Both the position numbers and the translations under genes were made by a program. Of a DNA stretch of 64,000 nucleotides, positions 13,416 through 28,839 are shown one piece after another. The stretch is taken from positions 27,590,001 through 27,654,000 of the forward strand of contig OX597840.1 of NCBI GenBank assembly GCA_951406725.2. The letters run 5' to 3'. Below the pieces are notes generated by a model that worked only from the letters and a program-made list of their open reading frames with translations, ran no database searches and had not been told where the DNA came from. The DNA comes from Octopus vulgaris. Its lineage: Eukaryota. Numbering within the stretch: the first letter of the stretch is position 1; each line of letters begins with the position of its first letter.

Positions 13416-13849
13416 GATGGATGGATATATATGTTTGTCTATATGTATGTATCGGGAAAAGAGAAAAAGAGACACACTCAAACACAACAAGAATGAGACT
13501 GGTAGATTGTTAGATACTCAACTACATATATACATTTATATGTACATTAGACAGACAGACACACACACACACACATATATATTATATGAACGTACGTATC
13601 ATTTTATACTATTTTACTTCTTTGGGTCATTAGATTGCAGCTATACCGGACCAACTATCTTGAAGATATTAGTCATTGAAATCACTCAGAAAGCATTTCT
13701 TTGGTTCCCTTTTTGTCGAATCGCTAATTTACATTGATGCGAACAAGCCAACACCGGTTGTCAACAATTAAGAAACAAGCCTAAACACACACACAAACTC
13801 AGACGTATGTATATATATATATATATATATATCTTTTGGCTCCGCTCGT

Positions 13850-14320
13850 CGTCCATAAAAAATTCTGCGTTTGCAATACTTTTTTTCGTTCGGCGTCAAC
13901 AGCCCTTCTTATCTTGTTTTTCCTTGTCCTGTCTTTTACTGTTTATAATTTGTACTGTGGTTACTGTCCTGTTTTTACCATTTTTTACCCCTCTGCGAAA
14001 AGATCTCAGAATTTTAATTGATTTGCTTTTCGCAGGAAGGAAAGTCTTCTTGTCGAAGATACGTCTCGCTTTTATCCTTCGAAACGTAGAGTAGATGAAA
14101 CCTTTAGCGACTGAAGAAGGGGTTTGTTCTTTGTGTTAATTGTCCTGTACTCTATTTTTTTTTCTGTTTTTAAATAAATGTCCAGTTCCTTTGGTTTGTG
14201 TCTATGTTTTCGTTTCTCATTGTGTTCGACGTCCCTTTGGTGTCCTGTACTCATATATGCGTGTATATGTACATGTAGAGGTAGGTACGTACATATATGT
14301 TTATATATATATATATATGC
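13850..14320 (+). mobile_element. Interspersed repeat, homologous to 57620-58025
   Basis: Shared collinear blocks TTTTACTGTT, ACTGAAGAAGGGG, TATGTTTTCGTTTCTCATTGTGTTC; abuts (TA)n. Confidence 0.75.
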
Positions 14321-14549
14321 ATATGTTTTATTTAATTATTAATATATTATATATATATACAACTGTCTCCTCCAAGGTAAACTCTGTCAACATCTTTTTA
14401 ATCCAATAACGTTACGTATAGCAACGTATTGCACAACTCTGATGATTTGACAGTAAGTCTTAAGTAATTTCCATTATGTAACTAATAATCCATTTATGTT
14501 AATGATACACACGTCAGCTGGTGTAACTCAATATCTTCTAAACAATATC

Positions 14550-14770
14550 GTATGCATTGTTTGCGTACACATAAGATCACTTCCACCAGCAAATTGACAT
14601 TATCTGTACAGAGGCACCGTGTGCCACATGCTGGATGACGAAATTATCGCAGAGCAACGTGAAATGTAGTGCTTTGCTCAAGAACGCAAATCAACGCCCG
14701 ATCTGGGAATCGAAACCTCGATCTCTCGTAATCGCGAGTGCAACACTCTATCCACTAAACCATGCGCCTT
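14550..14770 (-). mobile_element. SINE, family C/D-like head plus V-like core
   Basis: Minus strand reads AAGGCGCATGGTTTAGTGG...GTTTCGATTCCCAG...TTCTTGAGCAAAGCACTACATTTCACGTTGCTC. Confidence 0.75.
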
Positions 14771-14928
14771 TACACATATATACATACATTGCCAGGCTGC
14801 AGAATTGAAACCGAGATCACGAAATTGTGAAGTAAACTTAGCACACGGCCATAATGCATCTATAAGTGTGTGTGTTCGTAAATGTGCACATATGCTCATA
14901 CACCCGTATATACGTATATGTGCATATA

Positions 14929-14964
<36 letters not shown>

Positions 14965-15120
14965 ACACACACACACACACACACAGACACACACACACAT
15001 ATATATATATATACACATATGTATATAGATAGACATGTACATATATTTATATGCTATATATATATTTTATATATATGCATATATGTATATATATAGATAG
15101 ATAAACACGTACATATATTC

Positions 15121-15177
<57 letters not shown>

Positions 15178-15234
15178 GTATATGAAAAGTACATACACAC
15201 GTAATGAAAAGTTGAGCGATAAATCTATATCTAC

Positions 15235-15310
<76 letters not shown>

Positions 15311-15364
15311 ATCTATATATATTTATATATATCTGTGTACATACACATGTAATGAAATGTTGTA

Positions 15365-15403
<39 letters not shown>

Positions 15404-15517
15404 ATTTTACATTTTAAAGTGACAAAGTCCAGGTATATTGAACTGAATCAATAGATTTCCTTAATAGAAGGAGGGAGAGAAGAGGAGTGGAGTGGGAGAG
15501 GGTTGGAGAGAGAGAAG

Positions 15518-15548
<31 letters not shown>

Positions 15549-15684
15549 GGAGTAAAAAAGGGAATGCAGGAGAGAGAAAGAAAGAGAGAAAGTGTGTGTA
15601 TGTGTTAAAAAAAGCGATATTCCTATTTATATCGCTGCAGCAAATACAATTATAGAATTTCTGCTTCGCAAAATAATAGAGAAA

Positions 15685-16354
<670 letters not shown>

Positions 16355-16717
16355 TAAAGTTTCCTTTTGTCTTGGCATGCATCCTTTTATAACATAAGAC
16401 AATATACATTTTTTTTTCCTTCCTGAGAATTTCTATTATTTTCTCGTATGCATTGATTTACTTACGTACACATACACACTCACGTACATACATACATACA
16501 TACTTACATACATGCATACATGTATACACACGCACACACATGCTCATGCTGTGCATTTATTTTTTTGTTATATTTTAGCTTGGAAAAATATAATAAAGTT
16601 GATTTCTCTTTTGTGCATTCAAAGACATCGTTGTTTTAGAAGAAAATATACGATAGGCGAGTGCACACATATCTACATACACATTTACAAACATATATAT
16701 GTGTGTACATATATGTT

Positions 16718-16759
<42 letters not shown>

Positions 16760-17809
16760 TTGATAGATATATGTATATATGCTAATGTACGTAAATATAT
16801 ACATATATATATATATATATGTATGCATGTATGTATAAATATATAAAATATATATATGCATGTATGCATAAATATATTTACATATATTTATTATATATAT
16901 TATATATATAAGCATTATGCGTAACATAGGTATATATGTGTGCATGTTCGCACATTTATACACATATATACACATATCTAAGTAATGTGGAAGTGTATCT
17001 ATAAGTACATATATATAGACATATAAATATATGTATATATATATATTTCTTTATATGAGTATACATATATATATACATACACACACACATATATATATAT
17101 ACACATCAAGGTAATGTCAAAGTGTATTTATACATATATATATATATAGACATATAAATATATATACCTGAACACATATTTATATATATGAGTATACATA
17201 TATATATACACGCACATTTATATACATGTCATATGGCCATTTGTATTTACGTATGCATTAACTGTGTCCTTATGCGTTTGTATTTATATATATATGTGTT
17301 TATATACGTGTGTCTCTGTATATATCTCTGTACGTTTATATGAATACGTACTAAATAATATAGGATATCTTTGCTATATGTCTGAGACTCGGCGTTACAC
17401 ATTCTGTCCTTCCGAATCTGTTCAACGTTAGATAAAAGTTTCGAAACCCACGGTAATGTGATTTTCTTTGCTGAAATACTTTATGTTCTAACTCGGTTAA
17501 ATCTCTATTACTACACATCTAAGACAACACGAACAACAACCAATGGAATATTATCATCAAAACAAAACAGCAAAGACAACTGTAAAAGAAAATCTCTTAA
17601 GAACAAGAAGAAATTCTTAAGAGAAATACAAAAATGAAAGGAAAGCAACTGTCAAAACGAAAAACGAAATTTTCGTTTATCTGGCAGTAACGGAATTCGT
17701 ATGAATTCTTTACTTTATTAAGAAGGACAATTTGAGAAGTTCCTGGGGAATTTATAGAAGAAATAGAAGAAAAGACGAATGAAGTAAGAATAATGATAAT
17801 AATAATAAC

Positions 17810-17862
<53 letters not shown>

Positions 17863-17891
17863 TGATGATGATGATGATGATGATAATGATG

Positions 17892-17964
<73 letters not shown>

Positions 17965-18043
17965 GATGAAGATGAAGAAAGAGGGATGAAGAGGAGGGAA
18001 GAATAGGAGAAGGAAGAGGGGAAGAAAAGGAACATGTAGTAGA

Positions 18044-18109
<66 letters not shown>

Positions 18110-19102
18110 TGTAAGAAGAAGGAGAAGAAGAGGAGGAAGAAGAAGAACAACAAATATAAAGAAGAAAAATCATAATATTGATGATGATGATGATAATGAT
18201 GTTGTTGTTGTTGTTGATGATGATGATGATGAGGAGGAGGAGGAGGATATTAATAATGATAACGATAATGTTGATGATGGTGGTGAGTTATTTGAAGAAG
18301 AAGAAGAAGAAGAAGAAGAAGAAGAAGAAGAAGAAGAAGAAGAAGAAGAAGAAGAAGAAGAAGAAGAAGAAGAAGAAATCTACAATAAATGGTGATGACT
18401 ACTGAAGAAGCAACATTTGGCGAAAGTGAAACTAAAAATATCGCAGTTTAACAGAGAAAAAAAAACAAAATAAAAAAAACACATAACATTTTAACAAATA
18501 TGAAGAACAAAAAAGTAATATCGTATAAGAATTTTTCGTCTTTTCTTTCTTTCTTTCTTTCTATTCTGAATAAAAGAACTCCGACGGGAGTTTGCGTACG
18601 AGAAGAAATTAAATGAATAAATAAATAAATAAATATATAAATCACTGGGGGAAGCATAAAGTGGGAATATATAAAAAGAAGTAACGCTAAAAATGGTAAA
18701 AATCAGGTGATGAATTTAGCGGAAACAGAAAGAGGTTCTTGTAAGTCAGTCGATAGAGAGGAAAAAAAAAGAAAAGTTGTGAATAAAACTGTTACAAAGA
18801 ACATTAACTCCATTAGATATCGAAGTAGCCGCAAGAGGGCGTATGGTGTGTATATGTTTGCTCTATTACTGTGATGAAATTGGGCTGCACGAAAAAGAGG
18901 GGGAAAAAAATGAGGAATATATATTCCGGCATCATTTAAACTCGAATGTCTGTGGAGTGAGAAATAATCAATGGGGAAAAGACGGTGGAGGGAATTTCGT
19001 TTAGTAAAAATTCATAAGTTTTAAATTTGGTCCATAAATTTCTTTCTTAAACGCATGTAAGAATTTCACCTACATACGAGATATCAGTTTCCCCATCCAT
19101 CC

Positions 19103-19243
<141 letters not shown>

Positions 19244-19339
19244 ACTATCTATCTATCTATCTATCTACCTGTCTGTATGAATGTCCGTTTATCTGTGAAC
19301 GCATAAATGTTCACACATATAGAGCGTTATGTATAAGTA

Positions 19340-19383
<44 letters not shown>

Positions 19384-19794
19384 GATAGTTATAAATATTA
19401 TATATATATACATATAATATATATATATATGTATAATATATATATATATATATACATATAATATAAATATACATTTAAAATATATGCATATATACATAAT
19501 ATATATTTAAAATATATGTATATATACATATAATATAAATATATACATAATATATATATATATATACATACATATACCATATATATATAAAATAAATATA
19601 TACATACAATATATATATATACATATAGTATATATATATAATATATATATACATATAACATATATATATAAACATATAGTATATATATACATATAATGTA
19701 TATATATACATATAGTATATAGATATATAATATATATATATACATATAACATATATATATAAACTTATGATATATATATATATATGCATATAAC

Positions 19795-19829
<35 letters not shown>

Positions 19830-19846
19830 ATATATATATATATATA

Positions 19847-19982
<136 letters not shown>

Positions 19983-20034
19983 GTATGAATTTTGGGAGCT
20001 ATTAGCAGTACATACTTAAATATAAAAATATGGG

Positions 20035-20113
<79 letters not shown>

Positions 20114-20305
20114 TGCTTTACATTTTTTATGCACACACACACATACACACTTTAATTATATGTTCCGAAATGTAATTTTACAGTAAACTGAAAGATTACC
20201 TCACACTTTTGTTAGAGGATAACGTTATTAGTCGGTACCAGTCAAATGAGAGCTTAGGTCACCGAAACTTCGAAGTTAGTGTTAATGCTAATATAATATA
20301 AAGAC

Positions 20306-20363
<58 letters not shown>

Positions 20364-20725
20364 CCACGCACATATACAAATATATAAATAATTACAGGGA
20401 CACTAACTCATTATTTAGGCGAAGAGGTTCTAAATACAGTTATTAAATTTTTGTTAAATAAATTCTATTTCTACTGCGGAATTCTACCGTTCCCATATTT
20501 TAACTCTATCATTTTAATTTCTAATACTGTCTATTTTATATCATTTATTTTATTTTATTTATTTATTTATTTACTTATTTATTTATTCATTTATTTATCG
20601 TGTTGCTACTTGTGTCTATAATTCTACGAATATTATACAATTAGATTATGTGGTATTTACAAAAATAAAACATTCAGAACGAATTGCATTCGGGAGAGGT
20701 CGCTGCTTTACTCCAGTGCAATCTC

Positions 20726-20776
<51 letters not shown>

Positions 20777-20854
20777 ATTTATTCTTTTATTTGTTTCAGT
20801 CATTTGACTGCGGCCATGGTGAGCACAGCCTTTAGTCGAGCAAATCTACCCTAG

Positions 20855-20960
<106 letters not shown>

Positions 20961-20996
20961 CTAGGGTAGATTTGCTCGACTAAAGGCTGTGCTCAC

Positions 20997-21069
<73 letters not shown>

Positions 21070-21462
21070 AACTTTTATCTTTTTACTTGTTTCAGTCATT
21101 AGACTGCGGCATGGAATTTGTAGTCGAATGAATCGTTGTCTTTTAAGCGTGGTACTTAGTGTATCGGTCTCTTTTCCTGAATTACTATGTTACGGGGACG
21201 TAAACACACCATCACCGGTTTTCAAGCGGTGATGGGTGACAAACACTCACGCAAAGACACACACACACACACATAGATATATATATTCATACATATATAT
21301 GACGGGCCTCTTTTAGTTTCAGTCTACTAAATCCTCTTTTAAAGGTTTTGGTCGGTCGTGGGTATAATACAAGACACTTGCCTAAGGTGCCACGCAGTGG
21401 AAGAGAACCAGGAACCATGTGGTTGTGAAGCAAGTTTCTTACCACACAGCCACGCTTGTGCG
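21070..21462 (-). mobile_element. SINE family B, diverged full-length copy
   Basis: Collinear reverse match to 39664-40083. Confidence 0.85.
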
Positions 21463-21470
21463 CTATGCAC

Positions 21471-21513
<43 letters not shown>

Positions 21514-21558
21514 TGTATGTATGTATGTATGTATATAATATATATATGTATATATATA

Positions 21559-21690
21559 TCTCTCTCTATATAAACGGCAGTTTGTCTGTGCGTGTTTCTG
21601 TGTGTCTGTTTGCTTGTACCTTCACCCTGACCACGGCTTTCAACCGATTCTGATGAAACTTGACACAGCAACGCCGGGCGATACTGCTAG
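21559..21690 (+). mobile_element. Non-autonomous Helitron-like element, internally deleted
   Basis: 5' TC, 3' GCAACGCCGGGCGATACTGCTAG followed by T, inside (TA)n. Both ends match 56161-56530. Confidence 0.8.
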
Positions 21691-21748
21691 TATATATATA
21701 TATATATATATGTATGCATGTATGTATGCATGTATGTATGTATGTATG

Positions 21749-21801
<53 letters not shown>

Positions 21802-21902
21802 ATATTATATATATATATATATACATGGAGAATTCACGAAAAAATACAAGATGAAGGCAGGTGGTGTAGAAAACAAACAGATGTATTAGTATAACGCTTG
21901 GG

Positions 21903-21947
<45 letters not shown>

Positions 21948-22018
21948 TATACTTGTATATATATATGCATTGATATAGGGTTTGAATATATACATACATA
22001 TTTATGCATACGTATAGT

Positions 22019-22050
<32 letters not shown>

Positions 22051-22149
22051 CTATATATTTCCGTTTATGTATGTATATATATATGTGTGTGTGTGTGCTT
22101 AAGATTTGAATGTGTGCATACATTTATTTGCATATCAATATATATGTAT

Positions 22150-22248
<99 letters not shown>

Positions 22249-22259
22249 AATAGACAGAC

Positions 22260-22305
<46 letters not shown>

Positions 22306-22947
22306 ATAGATAGACAGACAGACAAATAAACTAAACCCGCATAAACGAAACCCTATATATTTGTATATACCCATTGTACCGTGTTGTCACCAACAATTAA
22401 TACCAGCTTTTCCTTTCTTTCCCCAAACATATCCGTACATAAGCCGGCTAAATCTGTTGACCTCTTAAACACATACTTGACATCCAAATACAAGAATTTT
22501 GAATTATTTTCGTTTGGTATTTTTTTATAGACATATATATTTCGTTATTTTCTTTTTCTCATTGAGTGTCGCTTAGGTGTTAAATAGGTGACAAGTGTAT
22601 ATACAGTGAGGACTTTTATATATACTCACCAACACAGATATACATATACGTATGTATATACATACAGGTGTGTGTACTTTTGAAGTGGATAGATAAGTAT
22701 ATATATATATATATATATACAGACACTCTTGATCGCCGAGTCCTGAATATTTCGTGCTTTTGTGGGGATGTTCGAGCTAAATCTTAGCTCTCATTTCTAG
22801 CAATTGTAGGGTCTATTTTGCACCTTCTTTTATTAAATTTACTTTCTCGGTTTTAATTACTATTTCTACCTATATCATAATGTATTTAATATATCTTAAC
22901 ATATTAATATATTATTTAAATATCTTATTGTATGCTATATTTATATG

Positions 22948-22979
<32 letters not shown>

Positions 22980-23401
22980 TCACCAACACCTCTTATATCT
23001 ATCTCCTATGTTCCTACCTTTAGGCTTTCACTTCATACACACCAGTTCAATTTGATTCGTTCTCATTCGGAAGACGCCTGTTGTTATATTCTTTTTCTAT
23101 GTATTTGTAATTGTGTACCATGTTCTCCTTTTTCTGTCTTTGCTGCCGTACACATTCAATAGCTTTCTTACAAAAAAAAATTTATTGCTCTAAGTTTAGA
23201 CTTTTTGTGGGGCCATTAGATCGAACTATCTCAAGTGTAGCTGCCCGAAACAGTAAGGACGTCTGGTAAATTGACTAAGGAAAGAAGGCCACGATTGACC
23301 CTTCCCTTTTTTTCCCTGCCCTTCTATTTTTTTTCTCCTGTCCGCCTTTGTATCGCCTATCTGTCCGAATGTTTTATTGTCCTCTGTTGCGATTTTCTTC
23401 C

Positions 23402-23453
<52 letters not shown>

Positions 23454-23517
23454 AATCTTTGGTCTGTTGGAGAGAACCACCCGTTAATACTTCCGAGATT
23501 TTGCTTGCTAAGAATGC

Positions 23518-23783
23518 TGGACGTAAACACACCAGCATCGGTTGTCAAGTGATGGTGGGGGTGGACAAACACAGACGCACAAATATACACATATATACAT
23601 AATATATATATATATACATAAACGACGGGCTTCTTTCAGTTTCTGTCAACCAAATCCGCTCACAAGGCTTTTGTCTACCTGAGGTTATAGTAGAAGACAC
23701 TTGCCCAAGTTGCCACGCAGTGGGACTGAACCCAGAAACATGTGGTTGGTAAGCAAGCTACTTACCACACAGCCACTCCTACG
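23518..23783 (-). mobile_element. SINE family B, 3'-truncated
   Basis: Reverse match to the head and middle of 39664-40083. Confidence 0.88.
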
Positions 23784-24522
23784 CTGCAGGCATATTGCAT
23801 CTAATATTTTTATTTACCCAGCTGCTTGGCCAATCCGTTTGTCCATATTATTTAATATTTGTACTAACTTGTGACACATGAGGATCTACCATGGATGTTA
23901 ATCCTACTTGCATTTACTGGTATCGAATTACTAGATACAATTAAGCCAATTCGTTTAACACTGAGTGCTTTATATGTTCATAAATGCCTGAATTTTTAAA
24001 ATCCGATTTACATCATATATGTGTATGTGTTGCGTTGATTTCTTAGAGAGATTTTAGAACTAGCATTTTTGCAGCGACTGTATTATATAATCTTATAAAC
24101 ATTTGTTGTATATATATACATGTGTGTGAGTGTGTGCATGTGTGAAGGGGGGGGGGGAGGCTGTCTCCTCGCCTTGGCATTGTACTGTAATTGTAAGCGT
24201 GTTACGCCGTCATAGAAACGGTGTCTCTTGTTTGCAATCATCTGTGAGCAAATGTCCAGTCATGGAGAAATGTTACCTTACTTTGAAAACAGACGACATT
24301 TGGGACCACACAAAGGGTTTCCGGCTTTGGAAAATGGACCTCAAAGAATTCCGCCTAACGCATAGTAGAATGGAAGAATGGACAGGAAAACGAGAATGAC
24401 GTTGATGATGACGATGATCATGATGACTTTTCCCATTGACTATTTACTATCAGTTGATCAATCGATCGATCGATCAACCGAGTGGCAGACCGATAAGTAA
24501 GTACATAAGTATATATGTATAA

Positions 24523-24930
24523 GGCGGCGAGCTGGCAGAAACGTTAGTATGCCGGGCGAAATGCGTAGCCGTATTTCGTCTGCCGTTACGTTCTGAGTTC
24601 AAATTCCGCCAAGGTCGAATTTGCCTCTCATCCTTTCGGGGTCAATTAGAACCAGTTACGCACTGGGGTCGATGTAATCGACTTAATCCGTGTGTCTGTC
24701 CTTGTTTGTTCCCTCTGTGTTTAATCCCTTGTAGGTAGTAAAGAAATAGGTATTTCGTCTGACGCTACGTTCTGAGTTCAAATTCCGCCGAGGTCGACTT
24801 TGCCTCTCATCCTTTCGGAGTCAATTAAATAAGTACCAGTTACGCATTGGGGTCGATGTAATCGACTTAATCCGTGTGTCTGTCCGTGTTTGTTCCCTCT
24901 GTGTTTAGCTCCTTGTGGGTAGTAAAGAAA
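24523..24930 (+). mobile_element. SINE family A, tandem dimer (full copy plus 5'-truncated copy)
   Basis: The unit TATTTCGTCTG...GTAAAGAAATA is repeated head to tail, with the junction at about 24750. Confidence 0.92.
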
Positions 24931-25354
24931 TATATATAAGTATAAGTTTTTCCCTACAGATTTAAAATTAAAATATTACAAGATCGACCTCGCTATCTTG
25001 ATGTACAATCCGTATACCACGCGCGAACAGCTGTAGGGCAAATAAAAACACCCGACACGTTATTATACCGAGACGATCACTGACTGCAAAGGATCCAAAC
25101 CCGCCATCTTGTCTTGTTCGAGACAAATTTACTAAAAATAAAGCGACGCCATTGCTGGCAATTATTCAACGAATCGTTATGAATCTTTGGGGATATTTGA
25201 ATTGTCATTCGTTTGCAAGAAGGAAAAGAGATGTTTCCCCTTCTCTGAATGTCTTCCAAACAGACTAGAGCTTGCATTCTTTGTGCATCTGATGTAGTGG
25301 AAATATGTTATTAAACTCTGGAAAATTGATTTATAAATGCCGAGTCAGCTGAAG

Positions 25355-25419
<65 letters not shown>

Positions 25420-25430
25420 TATTATTATTG

Positions 25431-25643
25431 AGGTAGCGAGCTGGCAGAATTGTTAGCACACCGGACGAAATGCTTGGCGATATTTCGTTCGTCTTTACGT
25501 TTCAAGTTCATATTCTACTAAGGTCGAATTTGCCTTTCATTCTTATGGGGTCGATTAAATAGGTACCAGTTGAATACTGGGGAGGAAGTAGTAGATTTTC
25601 CCCTCTCCCAAACTTTCAGGCTTTGTACCCTTAACAGAAAGGA

Positions 25644-25645
<2 letters not shown>
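25431..25645 (+). mobile_element. SINE family A variant between (AAT)n and (TAT)n
   Basis: Head and core match; alternative tail ending in (TAT)n. Confidence 0.85.
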
Positions 25646-25713
<68 letters not shown>

Positions 25714-25717
<4 letters not shown>

Positions 25718-26146
25718 TAGTCTTATTTTTATCACATGCTTTCTCTTTACTACCGAGCGCAACTCTGTGTGTCCTTGGGTATGTGATGTAGTTTGTAGTG
25801 GTGCTCTTATTTTTATTGTATTGAAAGTGTATTACATAGGATATGTGCGATACCTAGTAGTAGTATTTTCTGTATGTTATATATACTTGTTAGTCCTGGT
25901 GTTTTTGTTATGTACTTGTCTGAATACTTTTTTACCATACCGAATGCGCCCACAATGATAGGAATTGTTTCTGTTTTTAGACTCCACATTCGAGTTACCT
26001 CTATTTCCAAATCTTTGTATCTTGAAAGTTTCTTCGTTTCTTTTAGAGAAACGTTGTCATCTGTTGGTATCGATATATCGATTAGAAAGCACTTTTTTCT
26101 TGGTGACCTCTGACAACTATATCCGGCCCATTAGCCATGATTTCTC
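25714..26146 (-). mobile_element. 5'-truncated R4/Dong-like non-LTR retrotransposon (restriction-like endonuclease C-terminus plus 3'UTR)
   Basis: Minus translation EIMANGPDIVV..(frameshift)..CFLIDISIPTDDNVSLKETKKLSRYKDLEIEVTRMWSLKTETIPIIVGAFG..IQKILLLGIAHIL fits the PD..D..K..KY RLE motif of R2-group elements. Ends in (TAA)n. Confidence 0.82.
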
Positions 26147-26907
26147 AGTATGTTGTTTTAAATTTGAGCAAAAGGGATTTATGAGTAACATTTAAAGAAC
26201 GCATACATGACATAATTTTTGCCTGACATTATTATTCCAATGAGAGAGCTACTGAAATAATTTCAAAGAACTAAACAGAGATATTGCTGCGAGATATATA
26301 TAAAAAAAACACAGTATTAAAAGCTTTAGTCTGGGCCTTTCTTTGATAACCTTTGTTCAAAATAAATAGAAAAACACTATCCATCTTAGAACATAGGAAC
26401 ATGAAAATATGGTATCAAATTTTTCAAATGATACATACTAAACTTTACATAATTCCAGGAAGTTATATTATATTGATTTGAACCTGTGAAATATCGTATT
26501 ATAGAGATGTTTCATCTACCCCTTTAATGACATACATGTATGTATGCATGCATACATTTATACATACATACATACATACATACATACATACATACATACA
26601 TACATACATACATACATACATACATACGTACGTACGTACGTACGTGCGTATGTATGTATATATATATATATAAATTCAAAAATGAGGGTGAAAATTGCAT
26701 CGATGACAAATGTTGCTGATGATTTATAGATATATATGTGAGTATAATTTGCATATTATATTGATAAAGAAGCAATTGTACAACATTAATCCACTTTTTA
26801 GTTGTATTTCACTTTCCTTACGTTGAGGGTAGTGCTTTTTCTATGTGGAGGTATCGAGGATTATCGGAGGAGTATAGCACTAGTTAACCTATAACGTCAA
26901 TATATTT

Positions 26908-26970
<63 letters not shown>

Positions 26971-27068
26971 TACCGAAAAGTGTTACCAACGAAAAAGCAT
27001 AAACATATGTAGGAAATGAATGAGTTTGAGGGCAAAAGTTCACCCCAGAAAAAGTAGTGTGTGTGTGA

Positions 27069-27140
<72 letters not shown>

Positions 27141-27754
27141 TCGAAAAAAGAAATGACAAAGGAACAAACGATTATCTTATGCACTTCATTATCTTACAGC
27201 TGTTTACGCTACGGGATGCAATGAACTCATAGTTGAATCGATATACATTTACACACATATTCGAGCACAAAGACTACACACACACACACACACACATAAA
27301 CACATATTGTAAAGTGTTGATATCATGTTAGTGACATGTGTATGTGCGTGTGTGTTGTGTGTGTGCGTATGTGTGTGTGCGTGTGTCTTGGTGTGTGTGT
27401 TCGAATGCATATTTTGCACATGGATGCTCAATCATCAAAACAACCGATTTGTGATTTCCGTATATTTTCGGAGATGTTCGGTAGGGTCTAATTATTACAA
27501 AGTTGATCCAATTAATATCGAACAGCGAAGCTTAAGTACGGAATTAATTTTAATATCCATCTGTTGATTGATTTCCTTGACAATGACAGGTAAAAACATT
27601 ACACCTGTCAGATTGGCTAATAAAGATTTCAAACAAGAAAAAAAAAAAAATACGTGAAAAAGGTAAAACGAAAAGGAATGTTTAATAAACAAAAAATAGC
27701 ACAAAAATATATTACTTCCGGTGCAGTTACGTCTTTTCTGATTGGTCAATTTGT

Positions 27755-27971
27755 TACTCTTTTACTTCTTTCAGTCATTAGACTGCGGCCATGCTCCGGC
27801 ACGACCTCGAAGAATTTTTAGTCGAATGTATCGACCCCAGAGCTTTATTTTCTTTAAAGCCTGGTATGTTCTCTATCGTTCCCTTTTGTCGAAAAGCTAA
27901 GTTACAAGGACGAAAATCCAACATCACTGGTTGTCAAGCGCTGACGGGGAACAAACACTGACACAAAGACA

Positions 27972-27980
<9 letters not shown>
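27755..27980 (-). mobile_element. SINE family B, 3' half
   Basis: TTTCAGTCATTAGACTGCGGCCATGCT... is the reverse tail match. Confidence 0.82.
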
Positions 27981-28026
<46 letters not shown>

Positions 28027-28034
<8 letters not shown>

Positions 28035-28194
28035 TGAAATGTTTGGACATTGCACGAGTGCGAGCAGAAGTTTCATCGTTCTGACCGCATCTCGGGCACG
28101 TCGGTTCGGTGTTTCTTGAGCCGTGTCTGTAGACCCTATCTCGAACGGGTTATGCAACCCGATAGCATTACCAGACCAGGGATCTCTGGAAATT
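28027..28194 (-). pseudogene. L1/Tx1-like ORF2 zinc-knuckle (zf-RVT-like) fragment
   Basis: Minus translation NFQRSLVW*CYRVA*PVRDRVYRHGSRNTEPTCPRCGQNDET-(frameshift)-LLALVQCPNISDL: a decayed CxxC..ET..H...C motif with two stops. Confidence 0.72.
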
Positions 28195-28278
28195 AGATAG
28201 ACAGTCAGACAGACAGATAGACTGACAAACAGGTAGATAGATAGAGAGGCAGATATACAGACAGGTAGATAGATAGAC

Positions 28279-28321
<43 letters not shown>

Positions 28322-28334
28322 CAGAAAGAAAGAA

Positions 28335-28427
<93 letters not shown>

Positions 28428-28560
28428 CAGACAGATAGATGGATAGACAGGCAGGCAGACAGATTGGGAGGCAGAAGACACACACCCAGGCAGATAGATA
28501 GCTAGCTAGCTAGATAGATAGATAGATAGATAGATAGGCAGATAGATAGATAGATAGCAC

Positions 28561-28598
<38 letters not shown>

Positions 28599-28633
28599 GA
28601 TAGAGATAGATATAGACATGGATGGATAGATAG

Positions 28634-28664
<31 letters not shown>

Positions 28665-28723
28665 GATGGATAGATAACTAGATAGACAGACAGATAGACA
28701 GGTAGATAGATAGATAGATAGAT

Positions 28724-28776
<53 letters not shown>

Positions 28777-28788
28777 TATATAATAGAT

Positions 28789-28839
<51 letters not shown>

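Noticed and set aside
21651-21662. CTGATGAAAC in the Helitron-like copies as a hammerhead
   Set aside because: No stem II between the boxes and no flanking stems.
24453-24479. (GATC)n palindromes here and at 46639-46660
   Set aside because: Self-complementary tetranucleotide microsatellites with no further shared structure.
27583-27612. TGACAGGT...ACCTGTCA hairpin, and a TGGCAGTG seed at about 63925, as miRNAs
   Set aside because: The stems are too short for a pre-miRNA and there is no match to a mature miRNA I recognise beyond the seed.
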